A stretch of 64,000 nucleotides of DNA from Gulosibacter sp. GTDB lineage: Bacteria > Actinomycetota > Actinomycetes > Actinomycetales > Microbacteriaceae. Positions 18,084 through 26,769 of this stretch are shown here, one piece after another (position 1 is the stretch's first letter; every line of letters begins with the position of its first letter). A program made the position numbers and the translations under genes. Where the stretch lies: NCBI RefSeq assembly GCF_052090685.1, contig NZ_JBQDBE010000015.1:3760-67759 (forward strand), given 5' to 3'. A model generated the notes under the pieces. That model saw only the letters and a program-made list of their open reading frames with translations, made no database searches and had not been told where the DNA came from.

Positions 18084-18935
18084 ATGACTGATTCCTCGCA
18101 GACCTCTTCCGCCAATACCGAGATCATGGCGGTGCTGAACGTCACGCCCGACTCGTTTTCGGATGGTGGCTCGGTCGAGGCGCCGAGCGAGGCGGAGCGC
18201 ACGGCGCGCGCGGTTGAGAAGGCACTGACCATGGTCGAACAGGGCGCGACGATCGTCGACGTGGGCGGTGAATCGACCCGTCCGGGCGCCCAGCGAGTAC
18301 CGCAGGCGGAAGAATCCGCACGCGTAGTGCCCGTGGTGCGCGAACTCATTCGTGCCGGAGTAACGGTCTCGGTCGACACGATGTATGCGGCTACCGCAGC
18401 CGCCTGCCTTGAAGCCGGAGACGTCTTCATCAATGACGTTTCGGGCGGCCTCGCCGATGACGCCATGCTCCGCACCGTCGCCGAGCGCGAGGGTCGCTTC
18501 ATCCTGAGCCACTGGCGTGGCCATTCAGTGGTGATGAATGACCTCGCGGTGTACGAAGACGCCGCAACTGAAATCAAGTCAGAGTTGCTGCAGATGCGGG
18601 ATCGGGCCGTCGAAGCGGGGATAGCGGCCGATCGGATTGTGCTCGACCCCGGCCTCGGGTTCGCGAAGGACCGAGACGACAACTGGTCGGTACTGCAACG
18701 GCTCGACGAATTCCTGACACTCGGGCATCCACTGCTCATCGGCGTCAGCCGCAAGCGCTTCATGGGTGCGCTGCTCGAGCCGGATGCGCACGTGCACGAG
18801 CGGGATCTGCCCACCGCGATCGTCTCGGCCCTTTGCGCCGAACGAGGCGTGTGGGGCGTTCGGGTACACAACGTCGAGGCGACCAAAATCGCGATGGATG
18901 TCGTGGCCGCCTGGCAGCAGGGGAGGCAAAGCTAG
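18084..18935 (+). CDS. folP: Dihydropteroate synthase
   Basis: IMAVLNVTPDSFSDGG...DVGGESTRPGA...SVDT...NDVSGG...DPGLGFAK...GVSRKRF. Confidence 0.95.
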   Translation: MTDSSQTSSANTEIMAVLNVTPDSFSDGGSVEAPSEAERTARAVEKALTMVEQGATIVDVGGESTRPGAQRVPQAEESARVVPVVRELIRAGVTVSVDTMYAATAAACLEAGDVFINDVSGGLADDAMLRTVAEREGRFILSHWRGHSVVMNDLAVYEDAATEIKSELLQMRDRAVEAGIAADRIVLDPGLGFAKDRDDNWSVLQRLDEFLTLGHPLLIGVSRKRFMGALLEPDAHVHERDLPTAIVSALCAERGVWGVRVHNVEATKIAMDVVAAWQQGRQS

Positions 18936-18978
18936 CCCCCACGCACCTCGACAGGCGGGCATTGATATCGTCGTACGG

Positions 18979-20676
18979 ATGGCAAAACGACGCTCGGCAT
19001 CGCTCCCGCTGACCGAACGCACGAAGATTCGCCGCCGAAACCTGGCGATTATCGCGGCGGCGGCAGTTGCGACACTCATCATAATTGTGGCGGTGTTCCC
19101 CAGAAGTGATGAGCCGCATACTGGACAAAGCACCTCGACGCCGGGGCCTTCTTATCCGCAAGACATTGAAGAGTCCTGGGCTTCAGACCCGGCGAACCAG
19201 ATAAATGCTCCTGGTTTTGATCCCTATCCGCCCACGTTTAAGTTGCCCGATGCGTCCACGCTGACAGAGGGTGCGGTCACCACGGATTTCGCTCTTGAGT
19301 CTGAAACGACACCCTTCGACGGCACCGTGGGGTTCAGTTTTGAAGGGACCGATTTAGCATCGCCGATGTGGGGTTCCAATGACTCGAATATCGGCGAGAT
19401 GCTGGCGGGCGTGCAGAATCCCGTGTTGCGCTTCGGTGGAATCCGCGGCGATAAGTACCTGTGGTGGACGTCTTCGAACGAACCGATGCCTGAGTGGGCT
19501 GAAGTCACCGTCACCCCTGAAAATCTCGAGCATGTCGCTGCCGTTGCCGAAGAAGCGGATGCGTCGGTCAGCTTGGTCGTGAGTCTCGCGCGCGAAGACG
19601 CTGATCGTGCGGCTGATATGACGGCACACGCGCGCGAGATCTTTGGCGAGCGCCTCGTCGCCGTCACGGTCGGCAATGAGCCCAATGGCTATTTCCAGCC
19701 AACCGACCCGGAGAGGTCGACGCGGGGCGAAGATTGGGGTCCAGCGGAATACAAAGAGTCTCTCGAGGAGTTTGGTGCAACGATCGAGGAGGCCTCGCCG
19801 GGAACTCCCTTCAGCGGTCCGGGAGCCTACGACGCGCCGTGGTGGCGTGCGTATGCCGACTCGAATCTGCCGAATAAGCAGTCGCTGTCGATGCACTGGT
19901 ATCCGCTGTGGGATTGTGCAGGGCCGGATACCTCAACCGCGAATCCGACGTTGGAAGACCTCGTTTCACCACAACTGCGCGAAAGCGCAAACAAGATTGT
20001 CGGTATGGGGGCTGCGACCGCAGCGGAATACGGGTTACCGCTGTGGATCGAAGAAACGGGCCCAACTTCGTGCCCAGGGGGCAACGAAACTTCGCGCACC
20101 CACGCTCAAGCACTGTGGACTACGGATTACGTCCTCACCGCGGCGCAACTGGGAGCTGAGCGCATCGCATTCCACTCCACACTGATGGCCTGCGAAGGTG
20201 GCGCCCCCATGAGTCCGGTATGTGCGACTGGCAGTTACGGCGACCCGGGGGTGCTCCTCGAGGGCCGCACGAGCTATCTGGCGCTCATGCAACTGAGCTG
20301 GATTCCCGAGGGTGTGATGCTGTCCCCCACGGTCGACGGCGACGGCACAATCATGGTGCACGCCGTGCTTGGCAACGATGGTTCAATCACGGTGGTCATC
20401 AGTGATCTTCGGGATCCGGCCTCGACGAGCAACGCGATACCGGTTGAGGTGGCAGCGCCCGAGGGGCTCGATCAGGATGCACCGAGCAGTTGGTCTCCCG
20501 TCAGCGGTTCCCAGCTCAGCGGCGATGCGCTATCTGCGCAAGCGAGCACGCTCAGCGCCCTGGTGCCGGTTGATCATGAGCTCGCGGCACTCGAATTGAG
20601 CAGCAATCAAACGCTCACGGTTGCCAGTGAGCCGGGATCCACGACGATGCTCGTTCTCGAGCCGACGAGCAATTGA
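18979..20676 (+). CDS. Membrane-anchored clan GH-A glycoside hydrolase (GH79/GH30-like)
   Basis: N-terminal anchor LAIIAAAAVATLIIIVAVF. It has ...VLRFGGIRGD..., the candidate acid/base VTVGNEPNGYF and the candidate nucleophile LWIEETGP. The start was chosen at ATG 18979. Confidence 0.6.
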   Translation: MAKRRSASLPLTERTKIRRRNLAIIAAAAVATLIIIVAVFPRSDEPHTGQSTSTPGPSYPQDIEESWASDPANQINAPGFDPYPPTFKLPDASTLTEGAVTTDFALESETTPFDGTVGFSFEGTDLASPMWGSNDSNIGEMLAGVQNPVLRFGGIRGDKYLWWTSSNEPMPEWAEVTVTPENLEHVAAVAEEADASVSLVVSLAREDADRAADMTAHAREIFGERLVAVTVGNEPNGYFQPTDPERSTRGEDWGPAEYKESLEEFGATIEEASPGTPFSGPGAYDAPWWRAYADSNLPNKQSLSMHWYPLWDCAGPDTSTANPTLEDLVSPQLRESANKIVGMGAATAAEYGLPLWIEETGPTSCPGGNETSRTHAQALWTTDYVLTAAQLGAERIAFHSTLMACEGGAPMSPVCATGSYGDPGVLLEGRTSYLALMQLSWIPEGVMLSPTVDGDGTIMVHAVLGNDGSITVVISDLRDPASTSNAIPVEVAAPEGLDQDAPSSWSPVSGSQLSGDALSAQASTLSALVPVDHELAALELSSNQTLTVASEPGSTTMLVLEPTSN

Positions 20677-20771
20677 CACGGAGCGATCGAGAACTTCAGC
20701 AATCAAGCATAGATGGGGCAGGATGGATGCATGACTCCACGGCAGCACAGGTACGAGTTCGGTGAGCGTTC

Positions 20772-21791
20772 ATGAACGGTGACGCGACTGCCGCGAGCTC
20801 CACGCCAGTCGGACCCAACGGCGCCCAGGTGCACCCTGCACTGCAAGCAATCAGGCTGATGCCGACCCGCCCGGGTCCGGAAGCGCATCCGGCCTTGCCC
20901 GCACCGGAACTTGATCGCATTACGATCAAGCGGCTGCACGTGCACGGTCGCCACGGCGTCTTCGCCCACGAGCGCGCCTCCGGGCAGGACTTCTACATCG
21001 ATGCCGAGGTCTGGATCGACACGCGGGCTGCGGCGCAGACGGACGAGATCGAAGACACGCTGCACTACGGGCACCTCATGCGCGCGCTCTACGAAGTCGC
21101 CATGAAAGAGCCGGTCGACCTCCTCGAGACGCTCGCGGAACGGCTCGCCGCGGTGACCTTCGCGTTTTCCGGCCCACAAGCAGTGCGCATCACGGTGCAC
21201 AAACCGCAGGCTCCCGTGAAGTTGCGATTTGAGGATGTCACGGTGTCGGTACTTCGCTACCGTCCCGAGGGCGCCGAGCCAGAGGTACCACGTCTGCCGC
21301 ACTCGCGCGCGGTGATCGCGCTCGGCGCCAACCTTGGTGCGCGTGAAGCGGCGATACGCGACGCGATGGATGAGATTGAGACGATCGAAGGCGTGTGGCC
21401 ACACCGCCGTTCGAGCCTTTATGAGACACCCGCGCTCACGACGCACGGCATTGATGAGACCGTTCCTTCCTACCTCAACGCTGTTATCACGGTGCATACC
21501 GATCTGGCCCCACACCAGTTGCTCGATCAATTGCAGGCGATTGAGGATGCGCACGGTCGCGTCCGCCAGGAACGGTGGGGGAGCAGGACTCTCGACCTCG
21601 ATCTCATCGAGCACGGCGGGCTCGAGTTCGAGGATGCCCGGCTCACGCTGCCGCATCCTCGCGCCTTTGAGCGTGCTTTCGTGCTCGCGCCCTGGGCCGA
21701 GATCGAACCGGAAGCCGCGCTCACGAACCGAGGTCCGATTCGACAGCTGCTCGAGCAAACGAATGACGAAGTGCAGCGGTATCAGGCATGA
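20772..21791 (+). CDS. folB/folK: Fused dihydroneopterin aldolase / 6-hydroxymethyl-dihydropterin pyrophosphokinase
   Basis: The FolB part is ITIKRLHVHGRHGVFAHERASGQDFYIDAEVW...TLHYG. The FolK part, AVIALGANLG...SSLYETPA...YLNAVITV...ERWGSRTLDLDLI...LTLPHPRA, lies in the same frame with no stop between. The N-terminal ~45 aa and the exact start are uncertain. Confidence 0.85.
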   Translation: MNGDATAASSTPVGPNGAQVHPALQAIRLMPTRPGPEAHPALPAPELDRITIKRLHVHGRHGVFAHERASGQDFYIDAEVWIDTRAAAQTDEIEDTLHYGHLMRALYEVAMKEPVDLLETLAERLAAVTFAFSGPQAVRITVHKPQAPVKLRFEDVTVSVLRYRPEGAEPEVPRLPHSRAVIALGANLGAREAAIRDAMDEIETIEGVWPHRRSSLYETPALTTHGIDETVPSYLNAVITVHTDLAPHQLLDQLQAIEDAHGRVRQERWGSRTLDLDLIEHGGLEFEDARLTLPHPRAFERAFVLAPWAEIEPEAALTNRGPIRQLLEQTNDEVQRYQA

Positions 21792-22342
21792 CACGCACGA
21801 ACCCGTGGCTGCTTCTGCTGCTTGTGCTCGCGGGCGGCGCCGTCGGCTGGGCCGCAGAGACATGGCTGACCTCGAACGGCAGCGGCACGCTGCTGCCCTC
21901 GATGCCTTTTTCTATCACCTTGCTCGGGCTCGCGGTGGTGGTACTCGCGATCGCGTGGCCCGTTCGTCGATACACGGTTGCAGTGCGCAAAGCGAATGAA
22001 GCCCTGGACCGTTCGCACCGGCACGGAAACGGCGCGGCCGAGACTCAGGATGCGCAGGCAGCGGCGCGCGAGGTCAGTCGGCTTCGCGTCGACCCATTTC
22101 GGGCCACGTTCGCGGTTGCACTCGCGAAGGCTTCGAGCTTGGCCGGAAGCTTGTTCATGGGCGGTTCGGCTGCGGCGCTGACCTGGCTATTGACCCGCAC
22201 GGTGGTCGGCTCGGGAGTGGCAGAGTCGGTGTTCGCGACGATCGCTGCGGCGGTCCTCGTGATCGCTGGGATTATTGCCGAATCCTGGTGTGTCCTACCA
22301 CCGGAGGACGGCGAAGGTGCTGAAACGCTTTCACCGAGCTAA
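21788..22342 (+). CDS. DUF3180-type membrane protein (conserved partner of folK in actinobacteria)
   Basis: Four predicted TM segments, a 4-nt overlap with folK, and the usual synteny. Confidence 0.65.
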   Translation: MTRTNPWLLLLLVLAGGAVGWAAETWLTSNGSGTLLPSMPFSITLLGLAVVVLAIAWPVRRYTVAVRKANEALDRSHRHGNGAAETQDAQAAAREVSRLRVDPFRATFAVALAKASSLAGSLFMGGSAAALTWLLTRTVVGSGVAESVFATIAAAVLVIAGIIAESWCVLPPEDGEGAETLSPS

Positions 22343-22399
22343 TCGGCGCTTCGCTGCAAGGCAAACCGCATCGGTTTCTCTTCGCGAGAATTCGTCGGC

Positions 22400-23218
22400 C
22401 TAGTTCGGTCCGCCGTCTCCGGAGGGCGCCGGGTCGCCGTCAGAGTCAGAATCGCCGACTGCATCGGCATTAGCATCTGCACTGGAGCTTGGGTCAGCGC
22501 CTGCGTCGGAGCTACCCATCGTGTCGCCATCGGCGGACGTATTCGTGTCGCTGCTCCCCGAGGATGCGTTGCTACCGACGCCATCGACACCACTCGACGA
22601 CGTACTTGAGCCACTACCGCTCCCGCCGGAGCCAGATCCAGAACCGGAGCCGGACCCAGAACCGCCACCGGGCCCAGAACTGCCGCCTGACCCAGAACTG
22701 CCACCGGATCCAGATCCGCCACCCGAACCAGAACCGGTTCCACCGCCAGTTCCACCACCGCCATCGGGCCCGCTTCCTCCGGTTCCGGCGTCACCATTCA
22801 CGGGTGGACCGCCCGCCCCTTCGGCATCACCGACGGCATCGGTCGAGGAATCTGTCGCCGCATCTATGCCCGAACTGTCTTCGGACGGCTCTACGGTCGT
22901 TTCCTCCGGCGCAGTGGGCGTCGATGTCGGCGAGGCAGATGGCGACTGCGGCACTGTCGGCGAAGCGGTGGCCGCGGCCGTCGGTGCAACCGTGTGGGTC
23001 GAGAACGGAACCGTCGCACTGTGCTCGTCGAACCAGGTCGGAACAACCGCGGAACCGACCACAGCACCGGCGCTCACCACCACCACGCCGCTCCAAAACA
23101 GCGGCTTTCGAATGAGTGCCGAGAGTCGCTCACGCGCGGTAAGCGGCACCGGCGCGGCCGCTTCAATCGTCTCCCCTTCGAGATCGTGAAACTCGATCGG
23201 GTCCTCGTTCAGCATCAC
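22400..23218 (-). CDS. Single-pass membrane protein with long Gly/Ser/Asp/Thr low-complexity ectodomain
   Basis: It has a cytoplasmic N-terminus, the TM segment PLFWSGVVVVSAGAVVGSAVV, and then a low-complexity tail. It is co-directional with the LCP gene and 5 nt downstream of it. Confidence 0.55.
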   Translation of the reverse strand: MMLNEDPIEFHDLEGETIEAAAPVPLTARERLSALIRKPLFWSGVVVVSAGAVVGSAVVPTWFDEHSATVPFSTHTVAPTAAATASPTVPQSPSASPTSTPTAPEETTVEPSEDSSGIDAATDSSTDAVGDAEGAGGPPVNGDAGTGGSGPDGGGGTGGGTGSGSGGGSGSGGSSGSGGSSGPGGGSGSGSGSGSGSGGSGSGSSTSSSGVDGVGSNASSGSSDTNTSADGDTMGSSDAGADPSSSADANADAVGDSDSDGDPAPSGDGGPN

Positions 23219-23223
23219 GGCGG

Positions 23224-24234
23224 TTAGGGATGCGCCGGCGGATCGTATGTTGCGAGGTCATCGGTCGCGAATTTCTCGCGGAGGACTTCCATTTCGTCCC
23301 AGTTGACATGTACGACCGATTGGTCACCGATCATGCCGGTACCGTTTGTCGGCATCGTGAACGTCGTAACGTCTCTGATGCGCACCGAGGACATTGATTG
23401 CGCGAGATCGAACATCACCGAGCCATTGAGCGAAGAGTCGGTTGCGACATAGGGCGTGACCGAGCCGAGCAGATTATTGAGCTTGCCGGGGTTGGTGAGT
23501 GTGTCACGCGACAGCACCGCGGACATCACGCCCTTCAGGAACAGCTGTTGGTTCTCGACGCGCTGGTAGTCACCGTCAGTGAAGGATTGGCGCTCGCGCA
23601 CGAAGACCAGAGCTTGGTCGCCATCCAGAGTGATCGGCCCAGTCGGGAAGTCGTAGCCGGCCTGGGAGAACGCATTCTGATTGTGCACGGTCACACCACC
23701 GAGGGCATCGGTAACGCCTTTGAACCCGTTGAAGTCGATCATCGCGACGTGGTCGATGCGCTGGTCCAGCAGACCTTCCACCGTCTGCACCATCAGCGGC
23801 ATGCCGCCAAGCGCAAGGGCTGCGTTCACTTTCATTTCACCGTGACCGGGGATTTCTACCCATGAGTCACGCATAATCGACATCAACTGAACCGATTCGC
23901 GGTCGGCAGGGATGTGCGCAACCATGATCGTATCGGCGCGACTCCCCAGGTCTTCGAGGAGCGATTGGGAGGAGTCAGCGCGTGAATCAGAGCCGAGCAG
24001 CAGGATGTTCAACGGGGCGTTCTCACCCTCGGGCACCTCAACGGCGTCTGGGCGAAGAGACTCGTCGGGGAAGGCGGATTCGATTGTTTCGATCTCGTTC
24101 AGTTTCGACTGCACGCTCCACCAGACGACTCCCGCAGCAGCGACGACTAACACCAGCAGAACGATGAGTACGATCTGCCAGACTTTGAGACGGCGTCGGC
24201 GTGACGAAGTTTCTCCGGTTGTCATGAGCGACAT
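23224..24234 (-). CDS. LytR-CpsA-Psr (LCP) family glycopolymer-to-peptidoglycan ligase
   Basis: TM anchor VWQIVLIVLLVLVVAAAG. LCP motifs are LNILLLGSDSR...DTIMVAHIP...SIMRDSWVEIPGHG..KVNAALALGG. The start was chosen at ATG 24234. Confidence 0.88.
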   Translation of the reverse strand: MSLMTTGETSSRRRRLKVWQIVLIVLLVLVVAAAGVVWWSVQSKLNEIETIESAFPDESLRPDAVEVPEGENAPLNILLLGSDSRADSSQSLLEDLGSRADTIMVAHIPADRESVQLMSIMRDSWVEIPGHGEMKVNAALALGGMPLMVQTVEGLLDQRIDHVAMIDFNGFKGVTDALGGVTVHNQNAFSQAGYDFPTGPITLDGDQALVFVRERQSFTDGDYQRVENQQLFLKGVMSAVLSRDTLTNPGKLNNLLGSVTPYVATDSSLNGSVMFDLAQSMSSVRIRDVTTFTMPTNGTGMIGDQSVVHVNWDEMEVLREKFATDDLATYDPPAHP

Positions 24235-24350
24235 TGTCCCATGTTGTAGCGGCAAACGGTGATTTTCGCGCGTTGCTGCCACCACATGGCTGGTACTTAC
24301 CGCAAACCTGTTCACCCATTGTTTTGCAGGTGGTTACCTATGATGGTCAA

Positions 24351-25097
24351 ATGAACCCTTCGCGACCGGTGGCAGTCACCATCTTTGGCAGCTGCGTGAG
24401 TCGCGACACGCTTGAGACGATGGACCGGACCGTGTATCCGATTCTCGCGTATGTCTCACGTCAATCGCTGCTAACTGCGGGTACGGATGCATCGGCACAC
24501 CTTCCCGAGCACTATACGACTTCGAATCGATTCCAACTCCGCAATGTCCGGCGCGATATTGAGGGCCACCAGCTCGACACGATTGTGGCAGCGGGGGAAC
24601 CCGAGGTCTTGCTTTGGGACCTCGTGGATGAGCGACATGGCATTTTCGAGTTTGGTGATGGGGCGGTAATTACTCGCAGCGTGGATGTGCTCGGCGTCCC
24701 GGAGTTCTCGGAAGCAACGGAAGCGGCGCGGGTTGTGCGCTTCGGCAGTGATGAGCATTTCAACCGTTGGACGGATGCCGCGCAAATCTTCCTCTCCGAA
24801 TTGGATGCTTTAGGCTATCGCGACCGCGTGCTCGTACTCGCGGTGAATTGGGCAGCTGTCGACGTCGAGGGAATGCCGACGCCTCTGTCGATGGGGAAGA
24901 GCTCTGGGCAAGCCAATTCGATGTTTGCACGCTATTACGCGTATCTCGAAGAGCTTGGGCTGCCGGTGTTTCGTATCGATGACGCGGTCGCTGACCCCGA
25001 TCATCGTTGGGGCCCAGCCCCTTTCCACTACACTTCTGACGTATACGCGCGAATCCACGAAGCGATCGACGAGCATGTGCGACAACGCCGCGGCTAA
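24351..25097 (+). CDS. Hypothetical protein, SGNH-hydrolase-like (resembles the DUF6270 family from memory)
   Basis: The N-terminus VTIFGSCVSRDT and the C-terminus DPDHRWGPAPFHY resemble SGNH blocks I and V. The start was chosen at ATG 24351. Confidence 0.45.
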   Translation: MNPSRPVAVTIFGSCVSRDTLETMDRTVYPILAYVSRQSLLTAGTDASAHLPEHYTTSNRFQLRNVRRDIEGHQLDTIVAAGEPEVLLWDLVDERHGIFEFGDGAVITRSVDVLGVPEFSEATEAARVVRFGSDEHFNRWTDAAQIFLSELDALGYRDRVLVLAVNWAAVDVEGMPTPLSMGKSSGQANSMFARYYAYLEELGLPVFRIDDAVADPDHRWGPAPFHYTSDVYARIHEAIDEHVRQRRG

Positions 25098-25129
25098 GTG
25101 ATCGCTGCAGACCGGCCGACGACGAAGGA

Positions 25130-26662
25130 ATGATCGGGAGCATGTTCGAACGACGTGCCGAGACAAAACGGCTGCGAGCACTACAGGATCTCGAGCGTCG
25201 ACAGCATGAGCTCCTTCCTGGCTACAAGATCTGGGGCTACAAGAACATCTTTGCGAAGGGGTTTCTGATCACGCGCGGTGCAGCCGGCTACAGCCCGCGG
25301 GAAGAGTGGGATTACCTGGAATTCGGCCAGTGGCGAGTGTGCCTCGACTCGGTGCTTGAGCATCAAATTGCCCTGTCAACGACGACAGCTCAGGACGGCG
25401 AGCAAACCGGAGTCCTGATCCTCGGTCAGGTCTTTGACGATCGTGGACCTGCACGGCGCGGCGAGATTGCGTCGAGGCTGCTCAAAACGATCACGAAGGC
25501 GGGTGCTGGGCGCGAAGTCTCCCGGCGAGCAGCGGATGATGCGATTACGTGGCTGTCAGGTCGGTTTATCGTCTTCGTGATGCGGGGTGACGTCCTCGAT
25601 GTCTACGGCGACCCGATGGCGTCGAGGTCATGTTTTTGGCACGACATCGGTAGCGGCATTGCGCTAGCCTCACACACGGCGATTCTTTCGGAGCTCGCGG
25701 GCGGTCTTTCATCAGAACGGATGCGCTGGGTCCTGCGGCATCCCGACTACAAGTCGCCGGCGGGGAAGTGGTTGCCTGGTCTCATCACACCCCACGACGA
25801 TGTCGGGCAGGTCTTCGCGAACAGTCGGCTCACTATCCAGGGCCGGGACGTCAGCTACGAACGGTTCTTCCCTCGAGAAGACCGACGTGAGCTGTCTGTT
25901 GAGGAGGCTGCGGCGGTGTTTCGTCGAGAACTGCAGCAGCAGGTTCGCAATTGGATCGCCGTTGCACCGCAGACGGTGCTCGCGCTTACCGCGGGAAGTG
26001 ATTCAAAGGCGATCCTGCGCGCGGGAATCTCGGATCTTCAGGATGCGAAGGCAGTCGCATTGACGTATCACCCGTTTCACGTGTCCTCAAAGAGCACGTA
26101 TGAGGATCTCGTGACGGCCAACCGCCTGGCAGCAGCGGCTCGATTGCCCCAGATTGTGCTCGATGTCGGGCAGATGAAACCGACATCTGCCATGGCTGAT
26201 CTCTATCGCCGCACGTTCCCAACCTGGCAGCGCTATGCAAATCTCGCGAATGCACTGTATCTCGGTGCACCCGCGAAGGCGGCAACGATATTTGGCGTGG
26301 GCGGCGGGATCATCACGGGTATGTTCACCGATAAGAGTGCGCCGGAACCGACACCGGCCGTCCTTGCAAAGAAATTTGCATACTCAAAATTTGCTGAAAA
26401 TGCAGAGATTCTTCAAGAATTTGAAAAATGGCAGGTGGTGACTCAGTTTTCAACCGAAGCACTGGCCGGTCACGACTTTTACGATTTCTTTCACTGGGAA
26501 CATCGAATGAGTAAGTGGGGAGCAGCCGGATACTCCGAGTATGACCTCGCCACGACGCCCGCTCCGGTGCTGAACTCTCGTAGATTGCTCCTTACGGCGT
26601 TGGCTGTGCCGATGCGGGATCGAGAGTCAAAATCTTTATATACCGCGCTACAGCCCCTATAG
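25130..26662 (+). CDS. Asparagine-synthetase-like (PP-loop ATP-pyrophosphatase) protein lacking the N-terminal Cys nucleophile
   Basis: The central motif VLALTAGSDSKAIL resembles the SGGxDS PP-loop. The N-half pattern ILGQVFD...LSGRFIVFVMRGDVLDVYGDPMASRSCFW...ALASHTAIL resembles the AsnB glutaminase-domain fold, but the protein starts MIGSMF with no Cys2. Confidence 0.45.
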   Translation: MIGSMFERRAETKRLRALQDLERRQHELLPGYKIWGYKNIFAKGFLITRGAAGYSPREEWDYLEFGQWRVCLDSVLEHQIALSTTTAQDGEQTGVLILGQVFDDRGPARRGEIASRLLKTITKAGAGREVSRRAADDAITWLSGRFIVFVMRGDVLDVYGDPMASRSCFWHDIGSGIALASHTAILSELAGGLSSERMRWVLRHPDYKSPAGKWLPGLITPHDDVGQVFANSRLTIQGRDVSYERFFPREDRRELSVEEAAAVFRRELQQQVRNWIAVAPQTVLALTAGSDSKAILRAGISDLQDAKAVALTYHPFHVSSKSTYEDLVTANRLAAAARLPQIVLDVGQMKPTSAMADLYRRTFPTWQRYANLANALYLGAPAKAATIFGVGGGIITGMFTDKSAPEPTPAVLAKKFAYSKFAENAEILQEFEKWQVVTQFSTEALAGHDFYDFFHWEHRMSKWGAAGYSEYDLATTPAPVLNSRRLLLTALAVPMRDRESKSLYTALQPL

Positions 26663-26769
26663 TTGACTCTCGTACAGGAAATTCGTAGGCGTTACCAATC
26701 TCAGAATTGGTCGCTGTTGTCGGGGCTTGACGGCTTGCCCCGCGTAAAGCTAACCCGAGGAGTCTGAGA

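Noticed and set aside
17915-18886. 323-aa minus-strand ORF
   Set aside because: It is antisense to folP, which has clear DHPS motifs.
20703-21863. 386-aa minus-strand ORF
   Set aside because: It is antisense to the folB/folK fusion. It has no motifs and is Arg-rich.
22521-23189. Pro-rich 222-aa plus-strand ORF (PEPDPEPEP...)
   Set aside because: It is the complement of the Gly/Ser-rich gene. The minus-strand reading gives a sensible cytoplasmic-TM-ectodomain topology and operon position behind the LCP gene. The call remains moderately uncertain.
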